Source of the DNA: Candidatus Magasanikbacteria bacterium GW2011_GWC2_37_14
GTDB lineage: Bacteria; Patescibacteriota; Patescibacteriia; Magasanikbacterales; UBA922
NCBI GenBank assembly: GCA_000990355.1
Contig: LBSX01000001.1
Span: 3,392-67,391, forward strand
DNA: 64,000 nt
Direction: 5' to 3'
The translations under genes and the position numbers were made by a program. Positions 9,764-18,960 of the stretch are shown piece by piece. The notes below the pieces were generated by a model. That model was not told the origin of the DNA. It ran no database searches and worked only from the letters and a program-made list of their open reading frames with translations. Every line of letters begins with the position of its first letter. Within the stretch, counting starts at the first letter, position 1.

Positions 9764-11083
9764 ATGACCTATTTACACACTTGGCTTACTAGACAAGTAC
9801 GAATTAGCATTATGCTTAGCTTATTTGCTATTTTTTTTATTGTTTCCCCTACTGTTTTAATGTATACCGCAGGCTACCGTTTTGACTGGGCCACCAAACA
9901 ATTAAAACAAACTGGGGTGATTAGTATAGATATTTTACCAAAAGACGCTCAGATTTATTTAAATAATGTATTACTTGAAGAAAGTTTACCGATTCGTTTA
10001 CCAAATTTGGCTCCTGGCACTTATACGGTAAGATTTTCCGCCAGTGGTTATCAAGACTGGCAAAAAGAAATCACTGTAGAAAGTAAAAAAACCAGTTACT
10101 TAAAAGATATTACTTTATTTAAACAAACTACTCCTACAAAAATTAGCGAAAATGATTTTTCTAATATTTATTTTTCTCATAATGCCGAATATGCTGTTAC
10201 CACACTTAATCCCAAAAATAAAAATGAATATAATTATCAACTTAATTTACTTAATTTAAAAAATAACAATAATCAAGAATTATTAAATATAGAAAGCAAT
10301 ACCCAACCAACAATTTCTTGGTCTACGGAATCCAATTTGGTTTTAATTTATACTTTTTTGAAAAATAAATATAATTTAAAAATTGTTAACCCCGACTATG
10401 CCAACGAAACTCAAAACTATGAATTTAATGAGCCTATAGAAAACTGGCAATGGTCTAATAATTCTGCGCTTTATATATACAGCAATGATGGCATTATAAT
10501 TTTGAACAACAATACTAGCCAAGAAATATACAATAACACCTCTAGTTTATGGTTTATAGATAGCGAAGAAAAACTTTGGACGATTAATAATAATGTTTTA
10601 AGAAAAAATAATTTGGCAGAAATAAATTTGGGTAATAATTTAGAAATTAAAAAAATCATCAACATTAATAAAGACCAAGTATTACTGCAATTGAATAATG
10701 AATTTTTAGCGATTGAATTAAATAATAAAGAATTGAAACACAATGTGCCCGCACAAAATATATATTTTAACACTGGGACCAATGAATGGTTGGTCTATTC
10801 ACCATGGGAATTGTGGTCTGTATATCAAAATGGAACAACAGCACTTTTAACCCGCACTAGCGAAAGCATGGGAGAGATTTTACCCTTAGATAATTTTGGT
10901 TTACTTCTTATTCATTCCAACAACAAATTACTGGGCTTTAATCCCGGCTATTATCTTACTCACGAATTATTAAAAGATGCTGAAATAAAAGAACTAGGAG
11001 TAAATTTAAATTTGGATTTAAGAAAAATTTTCTTCTCTGGCAAATTTGCCGATCAATCTGGCCTTTTTTCTTTGGAATACTAA
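9764..11083 (+). CDS. Membrane-anchored PEGA-domain / beta-propeller-like surface protein
   Basis: N-terminal TM, YTAGYRFD..TGVISI..PKDAQIYLN..NLAPGTYTV..GYQDWQK. Confidence 0.7.
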   Translation: MTYLHTWLTRQVRISIMLSLFAIFFIVSPTVLMYTAGYRFDWATKQLKQTGVISIDILPKDAQIYLNNVLLEESLPIRLPNLAPGTYTVRFSASGYQDWQKEITVESKKTSYLKDITLFKQTTPTKISENDFSNIYFSHNAEYAVTTLNPKNKNEYNYQLNLLNLKNNNNQELLNIESNTQPTISWSTESNLVLIYTFLKNKYNLKIVNPDYANETQNYEFNEPIENWQWSNNSALYIYSNDGIIILNNNTSQEIYNNTSSLWFIDSEEKLWTINNNVLRKNNLAEINLGNNLEIKKIININKDQVLLQLNNEFLAIELNNKELKHNVPAQNIYFNTGTNEWLVYSPWELWSVYQNGTTALLTRTSESMGEILPLDNFGLLLIHSNNKLLGFNPGYYLTHELLKDAEIKELGVNLNLDLRKIFFSGKFADQSGLFSLEY

Positions 11084-11415
11084 GTTTTATTTTTTCTGGC
11101 GAAAATAGCAAATGCTAAAAAATAATTTTCTAGCCAGCTACTAGAAGCTAAATAATGACCACTTTGAAGAAAATTATCACAAATAACTTCACGTAAACGT
11201 AGAAGTTCATTTCTTTTATTATTTTGCCAACGCGAATCAGTAATACTTAAATCCAACAATTCCAAAGTTCTCTCCAAGGCCAACAAAGCTTCGGAGTTTT
11301 TATTCTTTGTTTGCCAAGCAGTCACTCTACCAAACTCACTACCCACATTTCCTAATTGCTCGGCCAAACTTAAATTTTGCCAACGTTCGGCAGTGTTTTG
11401 ATGCCACATAATCAA
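11080..11415 (-). CDS. Hypothetical helical protein (LAEQLGNVGSE motif)
   Basis: 111-aa ORF coupled to upstream gene by ATGA overlap. Confidence 0.7.
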   Translation of the reverse strand: MIMWHQNTAERWQNLSLAEQLGNVGSEFGRVTAWQTKNKNSEALLALERTLELLDLSITDSRWQNNKRNELLRLREVICDNFLQSGHYLASSSWLENYFLAFAIFARKNKT

Positions 11416-11759
11416 ACGATTAAACTTTGGATGATTTCTTTAATACTATTTTGTATTTCTTTGCTTTCTATATTCATAGAGCGATTATTTTGTGCCGGAC
11501 GAATATTTATTAAAGAATGAAATTCAATAAAATTTTCTGGACTTTGCTCTGGATAAATATTAAAACCCCACAAATTTGCTTGTACCGAACCATTGGCCAA
11601 AAGAATTTCTTCGGCATCGGCGTGCATTTCTCCACCCAAGGCAATTATTTTCCGCTCAATATCTGCCACACCTTTAACCATATCTCCAAAAGTTTCGCTG
11701 GCTAATTTTTTTATTTCGGCTAAATTTATTTTTTTATTTACAATAATAATATTTTGCAT
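11412..11759 (-). CDS. DUF5674-like protein
   Basis: MVKGVADI..GGEMHADAEEILL..GS...LWGFNI..SLINIRP. Confidence 0.7.
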   Translation of the reverse strand: MQNIIIVNKKINLAEIKKLASETFGDMVKGVADIERKIIALGGEMHADAEEILLANGSVQANLWGFNIYPEQSPENFIEFHSLINIRPAQNNRSMNIESKEIQNSIKEIIQSLIV

Positions 11760-11783
11760 ATATTACAATAATACACTATCCAC

Positions 11784-11812
11784 TTGACAAAAGCAAGAAA
11801 ATGTGCTATAAT
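11784..11812 (+). promoter_or_regulatory. Consensus sigma70 promoter (TTGACA-17-TATAAT, extended -10 TG) upstream of GC-rich cassette A
   Basis: ttgaca aaagcaagaaaatgtgc tataat. Confidence 0.85.
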
Positions 11813-11917
11813 ATTACGTTATTGCTAGAGTGGCGAATTTGGCTTAGTTAAGCTATTTTCATCCCAAGCAATATAGAGTGAACCTTACAATTTAGTTGAG
11901 TTTACAGTGTCATCAAG

Positions 11918-11982
11918 CGTCATTCCCGCGAAGGCGGGAATCTATATTTCATTGTAAGATCTCCGCCTGCGCGGAGATGACG
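11918..11982. repeat. GTCAT...ATGAC palindromic element (intergenic)
   Basis: cgtcattcccgcgaaggcgggaatc...gatctccgcctgcgcggagatgacg; close relative at 58216-58279. Confidence 0.85.
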
Positions 11983-12123
11983 CCAAACAAACGCACCAAA
12001 GGGTGTCTAAATTCTTATCTTTGTACAGGTAAGAACCTAGATGCCCTTTGGTCGAGGGGGCTTCATTCGCTCGGAAATCCCGAGCACGAAAATTTCGACC
12101 ACGAACCACCATGGGAGAGACAG

Positions 12124-12867
12124 ATGACGAAGGGATACCAGTACCCCTACCGCACGAAATTGTGGGACCCGATGAGCGTGCGCCTGATCGAAGTGCCAAC
12201 CGACGCGGTCGGCTGCGTCATTCGCGGCCGCCACGCCGAGCCGGTGCGCGTGGGCCCGGACCACGCGCGCTCCCTGACGCCCGATGGCATCGCCATGGCC
12301 ATGACGGTTCAGATCCAGTACAGGGCGCTCATCGGCTTCCTGGGGAAGCACTTCGCCGAGCCGGCCTACTGGGCGTCGAACGCGGTGCGCTCAATCGTGA
12401 GCACGGCCCTGGCCACCGGGGCCGAGGTGGTGGAGCAGGACTCCCTGCTCAACTTGACGATCTCTATCGCCAAGGCGCCTGACCCCGAGGGCTGCCACGC
12501 CAACTTCCACGAGCACTGCGTGGCCAAGGGCATCAAGCTGGGCGAGATGTTCCGCTGGGTCACGGAAGATCCGGCGCGCTTCGGCGACCAGCCCGTGGAA
12601 GAGGCGCTCGCCAAGTGCAACGCCTTCAACACCAAGCTGATCGCGACCAGCGGCAACGAGGGACGATTCAAGGTCACTTTCGACCACGAACCGGCCAACT
12701 CGCTGTGGGCGAGGAGGAACGGCGTCTCGTTGGACGATCTAGGCCTGGACGTGCTCCAGGCCTACATCATCTTCCTGGGTGGACCGCACGGACACGTCCT
12801 CAGTGTCCAGAAGTTCTACCCGGACACCACCGCGACCCTGCCGGTCGTCTCCGCCACCTCGCGCTGA
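12124..12867 (+). CDS. GC-rich hypothetical protein (cassette A), weak SPFH/Band-7-like motifs
   Basis: GGGAGA upstream of ATG 12124; strong G/C third-position bias; LTPDGIAMAMTVQIQYR, AVRSIVS, LGLDVLQAYI. Confidence 0.7.
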   Translation: MTKGYQYPYRTKLWDPMSVRLIEVPTDAVGCVIRGRHAEPVRVGPDHARSLTPDGIAMAMTVQIQYRALIGFLGKHFAEPAYWASNAVRSIVSTALATGAEVVEQDSLLNLTISIAKAPDPEGCHANFHEHCVAKGIKLGEMFRWVTEDPARFGDQPVEEALAKCNAFNTKLIATSGNEGRFKVTFDHEPANSLWARRNGVSLDDLGLDVLQAYIIFLGGPHGHVLSVQKFYPDTTATLPVVSATSR

Positions 12868-13029
12868 TTCCCACCGCCACCTCTCACCTCTCTCGCCCCC
12901 TGCCACGTCGTCGTCAGACTTTACGTGGTCTCACGGGCACAACTCAACATCAAGGTTCGCTCTCAACCCCCGTGGTTCACACCCGGGGGAAGAGACTAAT
13001 TCAATCATTTATAAATGATTGAATTACTT

Positions 13030-13068
13030 CACACAAAATCCACCAAAAAGGTGGATTTTGTGTTTTTG
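13030..13068 (+). terminator. Intrinsic terminator after cassette A
   Basis: cacaaaatccacc-aaaaa-ggtggattttgtg followed by T-run. Confidence 0.75.
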
Positions 13069-13070
13069 TC

Positions 13071-13557
13071 TGACCCCTCCTTACGAAGGAGGGGTGACTT
13101 CGACCTTCGCAGGTCGGAGACGGGGTGGTTAGAGTTTGTTAAGATATTTACAGGTGTTATAAATATCCTCAATAGTTTCATGTAGATATCTAAATACCTG
13201 TTCTGAAGTATATCTGTTTATGGTGAGTCCAAGTGATTTTAAATAATTTTCTTTTTTAATATCTTTTTCTTGCACTAGTTCATCTTCATGAGTACTACCA
13301 TCCACTTCTATAGCTAGTTTTAGTTGTTGACAATAGAAATCTACGACTACATTGCCAACCCCACATTGACGACGAAATTTATAACCTAATTGTCTATTTG
13401 ATAAGTGTTTCCACAAAACTGTTTCACTCTTGGTTGGCTGATTCCTTAAAATCTTTCTTAGTTTGGTTTTTGTTTTTTGATTGAAAATTTTTGTCATACT
13501 TAACCACCTCCCCCCGACTGCGACGTCGGGGTACTCCTCCTTCGTAAGGAGGAGTCA
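13071..13557. mobile_element. DUF559 gene bracketed by ~58-bp hairpin-containing inverted repeats
   Basis: Left tgacccctccttacgaaggagggg...ggggtggtt; right aaccacctcc...ctcctccttcgtaaggaggagtca. Confidence 0.7.
13129..13497 (-). CDS. DUF559 / Vsr-like endonuclease domain protein
   Basis: LRNQPTKSETVLWKHL..GYKFRRQ..VDFYC..LAIEVDGSTH. Confidence 0.9.
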   Translation of the reverse strand: MTKIFNQKTKTKLRKILRNQPTKSETVLWKHLSNRQLGYKFRRQCGVGNVVVDFYCQQLKLAIEVDGSTHEDELVQEKDIKKENYLKSLGLTINRYTSEQVFRYLHETIEDIYNTCKYLNKL

Positions 13558-13575
13558 ATGAACAAATACGTAATT

Positions 13576-14165
13576 TTATTTAAATAAAATTTCTCTTTTC
13601 AACTCCCCCAACTCCTTGTACAACACTGTTTTCACACCCAACTTTTTTGCCTCGGCCATATTTATTAATTGATCATCAACCATCATTACTTCATTTGCTT
13701 TTACTTTATAACGATTAAAAAGATAAAGCATGGTAACCTTGCTCGCTTTAGGTAATTTTAATTCCCAAGTATTAATAATATTTTTGCCAAAAATTTTTTT
13801 TAATTCCGGAAAAATATTATTAATGTCTTTAAATTGTGGTCGGGTATTTTTGGATAATAGCAAAGTCTTAATCCCCCGCCTGCCATGCCGGCTTAAGGCA
13901 AAATTTGTTTATTCAAACCAAAAGTTGAATAATGAATTTGTTTTAATTCTTTGCCAGTAATTGATATGTTTAAAGCTTTGACCGCTTTTTCCCAAGCAGA
14001 CTTTTGACTTATCTTTCTTTCAGCAGCTTCATTAAAAAATCCATATATAATTTTATAAGCATGTTTCTCATTAATTTTAAATCTCTTGGCTACTTTTTTT
14101 GCAGTAAACGGATAACCACCAGTAATTACTACTCCGTAAGCATCAAAAATAATTAATTTGATCAT
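13576..14165 (-). pseudogene. HAD-superfamily hydrolase, frameshifted near 13890
   Basis: 5' part MIKLIIFDAYGV (motif I); 3' part in another frame RRGIKTLLLSKN..PK..MVDDQLINMAEAKKLG. Confidence 0.75.
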
Positions 14166-14169
14166 AATT

Positions 14170-14284
14170 TGTCATCCTGAATTTACCTGCCTATCGGCAG
14201 ACAGGTTTCAGGATCTTTCATAAAATAATATTTATTTAGTAAGTTAGATTAAGGGATAGATGCTGAAACAAGTTCAGCATGACA
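14170..14284. repeat. R1 palindromic element copy a (115 bp), supplies stop codon of array gene
   Basis: tgtcatcctgaa...ttcagcatgaca; one mismatch to 17366-17480. Confidence 0.9.
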
Positions 14285-15824
14285 GCTTTCTCACTATCCC
14301 ATGGCTTGCATCTACTTCTACCAAATCACCATCTTTTAAGACTTGAGTGGCCATTTTGGTGCCGACCACGCAAGGAATATAAAGCTCACGAGAAACAATA
14401 GCCGCATGGCAAATAATACCGCCTAAATCAGTAACAATGGCCACAGCTTTTTTTATAGCTGGCATAATATCTGGACTAGTGGCATAAGAAACCAAAACAT
14501 TCCCCTTCTCCATTTTGTTAATTTCTTTTGGTGAATTAATAATTTTTACAATACCACGCACTTTGCCCACGCTAGCACAATCACCCACAAGTTGATTTAC
14601 TTTTTCGGTCTTTTGCTTAATAAATTTTATTTGTTTAACAAAATCTTTGGCTTTTTTGCCTTCGTAAGTCACCCTAGTTTTAGTAGTGCTAAATTGAACT
14701 GCAAAAATTCTTTCATTTAAAATATGCTCATTTGGGCCTTTATTTTTTAACAAATTTTTTAATTCCCAAGAATATAATCTATTTATTTGGCTCATAGACA
14801 ACTGTTGTCGTCTAGCCACTTCTCGTAATAATTTTTGCAACACATAACAACTGTAATATTGAACATCTTTGCGATAAGATTTTGAATAAACAAAACGCTG
14901 GGCCAATTTAAACAATTCTTGAAATTCACTGCGAATTTCCAGATCTTTAATATAATTCTTTTGCGCTCGAATAATTTCTTGTTTTTTATTGGCAATTTTC
15001 TTTAATTCTTCTTCGGGATTTGTTTTTTGTTGCAATAAGCGAATAAGGGAATCTACAAAATAATCAATCCCCCACTCTGGCCCCATATACATAAAAGGCA
15101 ACCAACAATATTTTTCATAATGATTTTTTAAAGCTAACCAAGATTTTTTATCTACCAATTGCCAAGTACTTATTACTTTTTGTAAATCATTGCGAAGCAA
15201 AAAATTTACCAATTTTTTATTTTGTTTGATCTTTTGTAAAAGTTTTAACAAATCAATAGTTTCTTTTTGCGCAAAAGTTTCGGTTGTAGGAGTAGTGAGA
15301 ATACTAAAAACATCACCCACTGAGATTTTTAATTTATTTGCTTGAATTTTTTGCTTAAGATAATTATTTAAATGATTGGAAAATAAGTTTTTTTCAAAAT
15401 CTACTAATACTATTGGCCAACCAGCACACCAAGTATTGTGCAATCCCTTAAACCATTCTGCCCCGAGTTTGGCCAAATCCTTATCAGAAGTATTTTTTAA
15501 ATTTATTTTTTCCAATTTTTGTGAAAAAACAAAAAACTTGTGAGCATTGTTTAATGTTAATTCATCCGTCTTTATTCCCCATTCAGGATTACTAATAATT
15601 TTATTAAAAATCTCATTTGTACAAACACGTAAATCTTCCAAACGATAATAATACAAAAAATCGTCATTTTCAAAAATATCCAGAGTGTCACCCGGATTAG
15701 TTTTTAAATGATGAATACTCTTAAAATATTTATTCACCAAAATAGAATCAGCCAAACAAAAATGAAAAAATGGCGCCCGTGGTATGCGCTCTAAAAGAAA
15801 AAAACTAGGTGATTTTTTTGACAT
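14274..15824 (-). CDS. Array paralogue 11: helical domain + PEP-utiliser swivel His domain
   Basis: C-terminal TDLGGIICHAAIVSRE..GDLVEVDA; start probably MSKK at 15824. Confidence 0.9.
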   Translation of the reverse strand: MSKKSPSFFLLERIPRAPFFHFCLADSILVNKYFKSIHHLKTNPGDTLDIFENDDFLYYYRLEDLRVCTNEIFNKIISNPEWGIKTDELTLNNAHKFFVFSQKLEKINLKNTSDKDLAKLGAEWFKGLHNTWCAGWPIVLVDFEKNLFSNHLNNYLKQKIQANKLKISVGDVFSILTTPTTETFAQKETIDLLKLLQKIKQNKKLVNFLLRNDLQKVISTWQLVDKKSWLALKNHYEKYCWLPFMYMGPEWGIDYFVDSLIRLLQQKTNPEEELKKIANKKQEIIRAQKNYIKDLEIRSEFQELFKLAQRFVYSKSYRKDVQYYSCYVLQKLLREVARRQQLSMSQINRLYSWELKNLLKNKGPNEHILNERIFAVQFSTTKTRVTYEGKKAKDFVKQIKFIKQKTEKVNQLVGDCASVGKVRGIVKIINSPKEINKMEKGNVLVSYATSPDIMPAIKKAVAIVTDLGGIICHAAIVSRELYIPCVVGTKMATQVLKDGDLVEVDASHGIVRKLSC

Positions 15825-15828
15825 AAAA

Positions 15829-17358
15829 TTAATTAGCTTCACTAATAATATTAACTAGACCCTTGTTTGCATCTACTTCTACTTCGTCTCCATCCTTTAA
15901 TATTTGCGTACCTATTTTGGTACCTATAACGCACGGGATATTTAACTCACGCGAAACAATAGCAGCGTGGCAAGTAATACCACCAACATCTGTAATAATT
16001 GCTTTGGAAATTTTCATTAGTGGCATCATGTTAGGATTGGTGGCATAGCTTACCAAAATATCATGAGCATAAAATTTTCCATAATCCTTTTGGTCTAACA
16101 CAACTTTTACCACACCTCTAACCTTGCCAGGACAAGCACATTCACCAATTAGTACTTTTAAATTTTTATCTATAACCAACTTTTCTAAATTATCCCTATA
16201 CTTTTGTGCTTCATCACCAGCAAATAATTTTACTTTTAAATTTTCACAAGCATAAACGGATAACTTTATTCTCTTATTAACCAAATTATAATCAACTTCT
16301 TTTTTGTTTAATAAGATTTCACTTAATTCTTCTATTGATAAGTAATGAGCTTGGTGAGCACTAAGATAATTTCTTTTACCTATTTCTGTAAGTAACAAAT
16401 GATAAGAATAGTTTCCGCAATATTCAACATCTTTTCTGATCGCTTTTGAAAATCCCAATTCCCTTATTAACCAAACAAGATGCATCTCATATTTATTTAA
16501 AAGCAATTCCTTTTCCCAAAATTTCTGAATTTTGCTAAAATCTTTTTGATTTTTTCTAATATCTACTTCTAAATCAAAAGGATCCTTACGAACTAGTTCT
16601 ATTGTTGATTGTATTATATCTTCTAAAGATAATAATGGCCCTTCAAAACCAAAACTTAACCATTTATATTTATCCCAATGCTTAAACAAGATTTCTTTTA
16701 ATCCAATGTAATTGTCTAAATCACGACTAATTTGGGAAAAATCATTTTTAAAAAATTCATCCCATTTTTTGTTCTTAACAATTTTTTTAGCAATTAATAA
16801 TAATTCATCACGTTCTTTTACTAAATAAGTTTTTTTATTATTAGTGGATAAAATTTGAAACAACTCCTCTGTACCTATTCCTAATTTTAGCTCATTTACT
16901 TTAGATTTTAACAACAGTTTTACTTTTTTGGATAAAAGTTGATGTTCATATTCAACAAACGAAATTAATACGCCCCAAGAAGCTAATTTTAAAAATAAAT
17001 CTCTAAAATCAATAATTAAATTATTTAAATTACCATCTGTTTGTTTATTTAAATCCAAATTAATTACTTTTTTAGAAAAATCATAAAATCTATCAAGAAA
17101 AATAGTTGTATTTTGTAAAACTTTCTGTGAATATACTTTATCTTCCAAATGACTCAAAATATACTTACCCGCTTTATGGTAATCTTGCCAATGTATACCT
17201 TGTGTCAATTCACCATTATTCCTTAGCTCTACGAAATGATCAACTGCCGCTGTGCGACCGCAGGTTTTAGCAAAAAATGCGCCTGTAGCTTGAATATGGT
17301 AGGCATATGGAAACAAATTGGCGTTATATTGTTGATTAAGTATTTTCCATTTACGCAT
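15829..17358 (-). CDS. Array paralogue 10: helical domain + PEP-utiliser swivel His domain
   Basis: TDVGGITCHAAIVSRE. Confidence 0.9.
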   Translation of the reverse strand: MRKWKILNQQYNANLFPYAYHIQATGAFFAKTCGRTAAVDHFVELRNNGELTQGIHWQDYHKAGKYILSHLEDKVYSQKVLQNTTIFLDRFYDFSKKVINLDLNKQTDGNLNNLIIDFRDLFLKLASWGVLISFVEYEHQLLSKKVKLLLKSKVNELKLGIGTEELFQILSTNNKKTYLVKERDELLLIAKKIVKNKKWDEFFKNDFSQISRDLDNYIGLKEILFKHWDKYKWLSFGFEGPLLSLEDIIQSTIELVRKDPFDLEVDIRKNQKDFSKIQKFWEKELLLNKYEMHLVWLIRELGFSKAIRKDVEYCGNYSYHLLLTEIGKRNYLSAHQAHYLSIEELSEILLNKKEVDYNLVNKRIKLSVYACENLKVKLFAGDEAQKYRDNLEKLVIDKNLKVLIGECACPGKVRGVVKVVLDQKDYGKFYAHDILVSYATNPNMMPLMKISKAIITDVGGITCHAAIVSRELNIPCVIGTKIGTQILKDGDEVEVDANKGLVNIISEAN

Positions 17359-17365
17359 ATTATTT

Positions 17366-17480
17366 TGTCATCCTGAATTTACCTGCCTATCGGCAGACAG
17401 GTTTCAGGATCTTTCTTAAAATAATATTTATTTAGTAAGTTAGATTAAGGGATAGATGCTGAAACAAGTTCAGCATGACA
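17366..17480. repeat. R1 palindromic element copy b (115 bp)
   Basis: Near-identical to 14170-14284. Confidence 0.9.
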
Positions 17481-18960
17481 GCTTTATTACATCTCCATTA
17501 TTACCATCAACTTTTACTAAATCATTATCTTTAAAAATCTTAGTCGCAACTTTTGAACCGACCACACAGGGTTTTTTCATCTCGCGTGCCACAATCGCTG
17601 CATGACAAGTAATGCCACCAATATCAGTGACAAAAGCACTGGCTTTTTTCATGGCTGGTAAAAAATCAGGTGAAGTTTGAACAGCTATTAAAATATCTCC
17701 CTCTGCTACTTTATCAATATCCTTGGCTGTTAAAACCACCTTGGCCTTGCCAGTTGCTTCACCAATATAGGCAACCATACCATGAACCGAAGTAGTATTA
17801 ATATTAAATTCCTCTTGGGCTACGTTTTCTGCCAAATATTTTTCAGCGGCTTTTCCCGTTAAATAAAAAAACTTTTTACCTGGTTCCTCTATACAAACAC
17901 AATGTTGTTTTCTTCCGGCAACTGGTAAATCCTGTATATCCAACTTACCAGCCAAAATATCCAAAAGTTCATACAAACTACAGCGATGTAAATTTACTTT
18001 GGAAATTTCTAATAGTTCTGCCGCCCTATCTAGTAATAAATCTAGGGCAAAAAACATCTTAAACTCGGTTTCAGTGCGGTATTGTTTGTTATACATCATA
18101 TCTCGCGCACCTTTAAACAAATTTTGCTCTACCTCACTCAACTGCAATTTTTCAACTAATTCCTCTTGTTTGACAGCAAATAACTCAAGTTCTTTTTCCG
18201 CCTCTGCCAAACGACTTTCAATATTGCCCATAGTCAAAATCTCTTTTACCTCTTCTACATAAAATTTTTCATCATGTGAGGGGCCAACATAGCCAAAATC
18301 AAACCAAATATATTTTTCTTTTAATTTTTTTATCCGAGGATCATTTACTGCCAAATCACTCTTACCTTGACGTGAGACAATTAAAGCCAATTCAAATAAA
18401 TCTAATTTTAAATCTCGGGCAAAAATATTTTTTATGGGAGTAATTAAAATACTAAAAGCCTCGTTGATATTTATATTTAACTTTAAATCCTCTACTTTTT
18501 TCTTAATAATATCTTTTAGTAAAGTGGAAAGTTTGTAATGACGCAAATCCGAAACTACGGCCACAAAACCCACTCCACACAAATCTTTGCCAGCCTGATA
18601 AAGTTTGCCAATATATTTGGCTAATTTAGCTTTGTTAAATTTTGTCAGATCTTCTTTCATTATTTTATCCGACAATTTAATCACTTTTTTACCTAAGCTT
18701 ATTTCCTCTTTTAAAACTTGAGTACTGTAATTTTTGTCATTTTTTAATTTTTCAATAATAATTTCTCCCATGGCCGTAAAATTTTCCAAATCTCCATACC
18801 AATTAGTACTAGTGTCTTCATGGTGTTCCAAAAAAGAATAGTCAAATTTTAAGGGGGCAGTATGAGGGAAACTGTATTTTTCATGAAAACCCCATTGATT
18901 AAGGCTTAGGGTCAATGGCGTAACTCCTTGTTCTTGATGTAAAATTTTAGATTTTTTCAT
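17470..18960 (-). CDS. Array paralogue 9: helical domain + PEP-utiliser swivel His domain
   Basis: TDIGGITCHAAIVARE. Confidence 0.9.
   Translation of the reverse strand: MKKSKILHQEQGVTPLTLSLNQWGFHEKYSFPHTAPLKFDYSFLEHHEDTSTNWYGDLENFTAMGEIIIEKLKNDKNYSTQVLKEEISLGKKVIKLSDKIMKEDLTKFNKAKLAKYIGKLYQAGKDLCGVGFVAVVSDLRHYKLSTLLKDIIKKKVEDLKLNININEAFSILITPIKNIFARDLKLDLFELALIVSRQGKSDLAVNDPRIKKLKEKYIWFDFGYVGPSHDEKFYVEEVKEILTMGNIESRLAEAEKELELFAVKQEELVEKLQLSEVEQNLFKGARDMMYNKQYRTETEFKMFFALDLLLDRAAELLEISKVNLHRCSLYELLDILAGKLDIQDLPVAGRKQHCVCIEEPGKKFFYLTGKAAEKYLAENVAQEEFNINTTSVHGMVAYIGEATGKAKVVLTAKDIDKVAEGDILIAVQTSPDFLPAMKKASAFVTDIGGITCHAAIVAREMKKPCVVGSKVATKIFKDNDLVKVDGNNGDVIKLSC

Noticed and set aside
11896-13022. 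Overlapping alternative ORFs in the GC-rich island and the TTG start at 11896
   Set aside because: Shadow frames expected at high GC; the upstream extension runs through a palindromic repeat, while the SD-like site and codon bias point to ATG 12124
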